DNA from: Methanobacteriota archaeon
GTDB taxonomy: Archaea; Thermoplasmatota; Thermoplasmata; SG8-5; JAGLSY01
Reading direction: 5' to 3'
Assembly (NCBI GenBank): GCA_020697715.1
Contig: JAEHCO010000001.1
Span: 320,001 to 384,000, forward strand
Length of the DNA stretch: 64,000 nucleotides
The position numbers and the translations under genes are program-made. Below are positions 60,056 to 64,000 of this stretch, in pieces (within the stretch, counting starts at the first letter, position 1; each line of letters starts with the position of its first letter). Under the pieces are notes generated by a model. It saw only the letters and a list, made by a program, of their open reading frames with translations. It had not been told where the DNA came from and searched no databases.

Positions 60056-61477
60056 TCACATCTTCAAACAGGTCTTCAGCACCATTGGCACTTCCTCGAT
60101 TATGTCAGTTGCTGTTAATGAATAGCCCAGTTTTTCAAATGCATTATCACCTGCGGCTCCCGAAAGGAAGACACCCATCCTGGCCGCGGCAAAAGGTCCG
60201 ATTCCTTTTGCCGTCAAGCCCGCTATCAAGCCCGCAAGCACATCTCCTGTACCTCCAACGGTCATTGCGGGGTTTCCTGTGAGGTTCTTCTTGGTCATGC
60301 GACCATCGGACACCAGATCGATCTTCCCCTTCAGAATGACCGTTAAACCCACTTTATCGGCCAATCTCTTTATTGACGCATCCTCCAAATCCTCCACAAG
60401 CTTCTGGAATTCAGCGCCGTGCGGTGTCAGGACACCAGATAACTTGACCTTTTCAAACAGGTCAAGATGTTCGGATATTGCAGTTAGAGCATCAGCATCC
60501 ACCACCACTGGCTTTTCCACCTTCGCCAGGAATTCCCGGACCGCTATCATTGTCCTCTCATCTCTGCCAATGCCGGGCCCGATAAGCACGGCATCGTTGT
60601 CCAAAGCCATTCTCAGAAGATCATCCACATGCTCTGGCTGGATGATGTTTCCCGACAATGGCTTGACAATGAAATTAGGCGAATGAGATGCGATCGGAAC
60701 AAAGCAATTCTCCGGTGTGGCGATGGTGACCAGATCCGCTCCAACTTTGTACGCGGCCAATCCTGCCAGTGCGGGAGCTCCAGTATAAGGTCCGCCTCCG
60801 ATTATCAGCAATCTACCATTATCGCCTTTATGGGAATCGGCTGAAGGTCTTGGGTAGTACTCGAATTCCCCAAGTCCAATGATCTCCACAGCCTCATGGG
60901 GGATTCCAATGTCAATGACTACGATATCTCCAGAATTACCAGCATCCATTCCATTTTTCACATCATGGAAGGTGATGGTCAGAGCCGGTTTGACACAGAT
61001 GTCAGCTCCGAGGCCGCTTGGAATATCTGTTGATATTATCGTTTTGGAACTGTTATTGATAGCATTTATCCAGGCTCTGAAAGGTTCTCTAATGTTCCCT
61101 TTCATTCCCGTGCCCAGCATGGAGTCTATGACGATCTCAGCCTCTCCAATATCATCTGGCTGAGCATTTTCCATTATCTGGATCTTCCCCTCTATCTGCT
61201 GAAGCATATGCCTGGCCACATCCCCACGCACATCATCCTTTCCTTTCACAAGAAGGATGATCGCAGATCTACCAAGCTCATGAAGTCTTCTGGCCGCGAC
61301 AAAACCATCGCCTCCATTGTTCCCCGTTCCACAGACAATGGATATATTTCCTTCTGGATATTTTCCGTGGATCTCATCAGCCAGTGCATCGCCCGCATTG
61401 CTCATGAGCTTGTCAGGCCTCACTCCATAGGCCTCGGAATTTATGTCCAACACTCTTGATTCAATCGGATCCATCAT
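60056..61477 (-). CDS. nnr: bifunctional NAD(P)H-hydrate epimerase/dehydratase (YjeF)
   Basis: GNNGGDG, DIPSG, SHKG, GPGIG, DADAL, TPH, GGTGDVLAG; start moved to MMDPIES. Confidence 0.93.
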   Translation of the reverse strand: MMDPIESRVLDINSEAYGVRPDKLMSNAGDALADEIHGKYPEGNISIVCGTGNNGGDGFVAARRLHELGRSAIILLVKGKDDVRGDVARHMLQQIEGKIQIMENAQPDDIGEAEIVIDSMLGTGMKGNIREPFRAWINAINNSSKTIISTDIPSGLGADICVKPALTITFHDVKNGMDAGNSGDIVVIDIGIPHEAVEIIGLGEFEYYPRPSADSHKGDNGRLLIIGGGPYTGAPALAGLAAYKVGADLVTIATPENCFVPIASHSPNFIVKPLSGNIIQPEHVDDLLRMALDNDAVLIGPGIGRDERTMIAVREFLAKVEKPVVVDADALTAISEHLDLFEKVKLSGVLTPHGAEFQKLVEDLEDASIKRLADKVGLTVILKGKIDLVSDGRMTKKNLTGNPAMTVGGTGDVLAGLIAGLTAKGIGPFAAARMGVFLSGAAGDNAFEKLGYSLTATDIIEEVPMVLKTCLKM

Positions 61478-64000
61478 CTTCTTCATCTCCCAGGTATTTG
61501 TCCAGCACTTTATTGTAAAGCTTGAACTTATCACTTCTTGCAAATTCCTCAATGGTCTTGTCTGGAAGGTCTTCCAGCATATCATCCAGCACCGTCAGGA
61601 TCTTGGCAACTTCATCCTCCCCCTGTTCTCTCATGAGCTTGTCATCTTCGAGCTGAGAGATCTTGAATTGAAGCATATCTATCCGATCCTTGAACTCTCT
61701 CTCCTTCTTCTCCAGTTCAAGTGCTTTCTTCTCAAGGTTCTCCCTGTCCCTATGCACGGAATTCAGATCGGTATTTATGGACTTGATCACATCCTCCGAA
61801 ACACCACCGCCCATGGATGCCGCGGTCAGATCTTCCACTTTGTCGATCTTCCCAGTAATATCGATCGACATCCCGCTCCTCATTTTCAGCAGTGGTCTGG
61901 ACCGTGTATCGAAATGCGAGTCCTTCAATCCCAGTATCCCGATCCCCAATTGCCCATTTGTATCGGAAATATCAATGACACCATCAAAGATCTCTTCCAT
62001 GGTGGCTATCACCTTCTCGCTTTGAGTACCTTTTTCAAGTATCATGAAAGACGTTATGCCTTTCTTATTGAACTTCGCCCTCAGAGACTGGGCGAATTGA
62101 TAGACCGTTTGAAGATCATAATCCCTTAAAGACGAGGATAAAGTATCTACCACGGCCTGGACCTCTTTATCATAGTCCATTTGCTTCAGGGCCAGATCGA
62201 CAGCCACACCAAGATGCATTATGTCCACGGAGGAGCAAAGGACCCCGCCTCTATCCTCCACACCCATTATTCTCTGATTCCTTTGGCTATGCCAATCGAC
62301 GATCCTCATATGATCGCTCTCCATCAGAGGTGGTGTCATTATGCCTTTCCGCTGTATCTTGGTGATGAACTCCGCCGGAGATGTGGTGGAGACCACCATG
62401 ATGAGCCCATGGTCTTTCATCAAGCAATCCACGGACAATTGAGTTATTATCTCAGCTGGAAAAAGTCCAGGAGGTATCAGGACGAGGAAAGAGCCATGCT
62501 CTGGAAGCCCCCCGCCAGTCAATATATCCAGGCCCGGAATGCCAGTTATTATCCTTTCCACTCCTCCTCCTGTAATAGCCTGATAACTGGATCTCCCAAT
62601 AACTGGATCTCCCAATGTGATCCCTCTTGCATCGATCTCAATGGGTATCTTCTCAGAATTGAACATTCCGGAGAATGCCATGACATTTATGCTGTGCTTG
62701 ACAATTCCATTCTTCACTTTCCTCTCTATCTTCAGGACGCCATCAAAATTATCCTGCATCGCACTCAATTCACGCCTCTCATGCATACTATCGCTCAGGG
62801 TCACAAGGCTGAAGCATTCTTTGGATCTCAATTTCGCACATAGGGCGGTAAGAAAATCAAGTGTGGTCTCAAAATCATGCGCCACACTGGCAGGAGAAAT
62901 AAGATCCAGAACCGCCCTTCTATTAGGATTATCCTTCAGGGTCTGGAAAGCGATATCCAATGCAACTCCGACATTGGTAAGGTCATCGGAACATTTGATC
63001 ACTCCTTCTTCAATTTCCACGCCATGAACACGTTCCACGTTCTTGCTATACCAGTCTATGAATATCAATTTCTTGTCCTTGATGTACTGATCCGCATCTA
63101 TGCCGATGAACCCAAATCTCTTCATCACATTCTTTGGGGATTCCATAGAACATACGTATACGACATCTCCGCCATTCTCCAATCCCTTTTTGGCATACAT
63201 CATGGATATCATGTCTTTGGGCATACCTTTCGGGCCACGCAATAACATGATATATTCTTTGGAAATATCATTTCCCATGGCATCATCCAGCACAGGGATT
63301 CCAAACTCGACCTTTGTGGAAAGAAGCCCTCCATAAAGTCTCTTGAGTATACCAAGCTCCTCTATCAGGGATCCAAATTTCTTGATCTCAGGAGCGATGA
63401 TATGCAATGGAACCTCCAGGGAATTGAAGGAATCCGCCAATCCATCTATCTCGTTCTCAAGATCTTCATCCGGTAGTAGATAGATCCTAACATCTTCTCC
63501 ATTTATCTGTATGCCTTTGATGAACTTCAGTTCTCTCACAACATTCTCAATTCCCAGTTTGTCTATGCCTTCAGCTTTCAATGTGGCTGAAAAAAGTCTG
63601 GAGAAAATAGCGGCGATTTGATCTATCTCGTTTTCCCCTCTCAATCCTTCAATATCCACGCCGCCAGAGTATCCGAACAGCTCTGGAAAGAATCTTGTCA
63701 GCTCATGTTTTTGAATTTCAGATCCATACTCTGCCTGGAACTTCTTCGCAGGCTCCATGATGGCCTCTTCTGCCTCTTCATTCCCCAAAAAGATCTCCAT
63801 GATGCCTTTAGCAGCTTTGATCAGAGCCTTAATGCCCAATACTGCCTCATCTGAATCTGGCAATTTGGTGGCATCGACCACAAGATCATTTGAAATATTC
63901 AACCGAGCCAGTACTGGATGTTCCTTTCTATATCTGCCAAAAGCGTTTGTGAATTGGAGCTCCAAAAGTAGTTCTTTATTACTCTCGATTATTGCAGAAA
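61461..64000 (-). CDS. 5'-truncated RAD55/KaiC-like protein with two degenerate ATPase domains and C-terminal coiled coil
   Basis: FGIPVLD and TGIPGLD..GG.P starts, IDWYS and VDWHS, FDGV; frame stays open to the window end. Confidence 0.82.
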   Translation of the reverse strand, partial: SAIIESNKELLLELQFTNAFGRYRKEHPVLARLNISNDLVVDATKLPDSDEAVLGIKALIKAAKGIMEIFLGNEEAEEAIMEPAKKFQAEYGSEIQKHELTRFFPELFGYSGGVDIEGLRGENEIDQIAAIFSRLFSATLKAEGIDKLGIENVVRELKFIKGIQINGEDVRIYLLPDEDLENEIDGLADSFNSLEVPLHIIAPEIKKFGSLIEELGILKRLYGGLLSTKVEFGIPVLDDAMGNDISKEYIMLLRGPKGMPKDMISMMYAKKGLENGGDVVYVCSMESPKNVMKRFGFIGIDADQYIKDKKLIFIDWYSKNVERVHGVEIEEGVIKCSDDLTNVGVALDIAFQTLKDNPNRRAVLDLISPASVAHDFETTLDFLTALCAKLRSKECFSLVTLSDSMHERRELSAMQDNFDGVLKIERKVKNGIVKHSINVMAFSGMFNSEKIPIEIDARGITLGDPVIGRSSYQAITGGGVERIITGIPGLDILTGGGLPEHGSFLVLIPPGLFPAEIITQLSVDCLMKDHGLIMVVSTTSPAEFITKIQRKGIMTPPLMESDHMRIVDWHSQRNQRIMGVEDRGGVLCSSVDIMHLGVAVDLALKQMDYDKEVQAVVDTLSSSLRDYDLQTVYQFAQSLRAKFNKKGITSFMILEKGTQSEKVIATMEEIFDGVIDISDTNGQLGIGILGLKDSHFDTRSRPLLKMRSGMSIDITGKIDKVEDLTAASMGGGVSEDVIKSINTDLNSVHRDRENLEKKALELEKKEREFKDRIDMLQFKISQLEDDKLMREQGEDEVAKILTVLDDMLEDLPDKTIEEFARSDKFKLYNKVLDKYLGDEEDDGSD

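Noticed and set aside
1-64000. CRISPR arrays, tRNA/rRNA genes, transposases, integrases
   Set aside because: No repeat-spacer periodicity, cloverleaf/T-loop signature or recognisable mobile-element ORF was seen by eye
61461-64000. Circadian clock KaiC
   Set aside because: P-loops are degenerate and no kaiA/kaiB is present; archaeal KaiC-like proteins are general signalling ATPases

Overview
64 kb of archaeal chromosomal DNA. The gene set (thermosome, NAC, Sm, Dph2, TiaS, Pop5, Spt5 with an N-terminal extension, SecE) and the protein families point to an uncultured Thermoplasmatota lineage; this assignment is an inference. About 50 CDSs are present; I found no tRNA, rRNA, CRISPR array or transposase. 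Core genes (glmM-glmU, pheT, mfnA-dph2, two FtsZ1-type genes, tiaS, secE-spt5-rpl11, nnr) alternate with large secreted proteins and a 14 kb minus-strand type IV pilus/Tad-like operon. That operon has atypical G|xxxxP pilins, a 1792-aa pilin-adhesin fusion with a C-terminal membrane anchor, a VirB11-type ATPase, a TadC-like platform protein and a HerA/VirB4-like ATPase. Signals the ORF track misses: (i) a ~54-nt hairpin element present twice, 31.6 kb apart, with compensatory base changes, lying directly upstream of two unrelated genes and supplying their Shine-Dalgarno sequence; (ii) tiaS, and probably dph2, lack a canonical in-frame start codon; (iii) a 54-aa ORF with its own promoter, RBS and terminator; (iv) several apparent pseudoenzymes (PEP synthase without its His domain, tandem KaiC-like, STAND-like with an inserted longin/roadblock-like domain). 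All calls come from reading the sequence; no searches were run.
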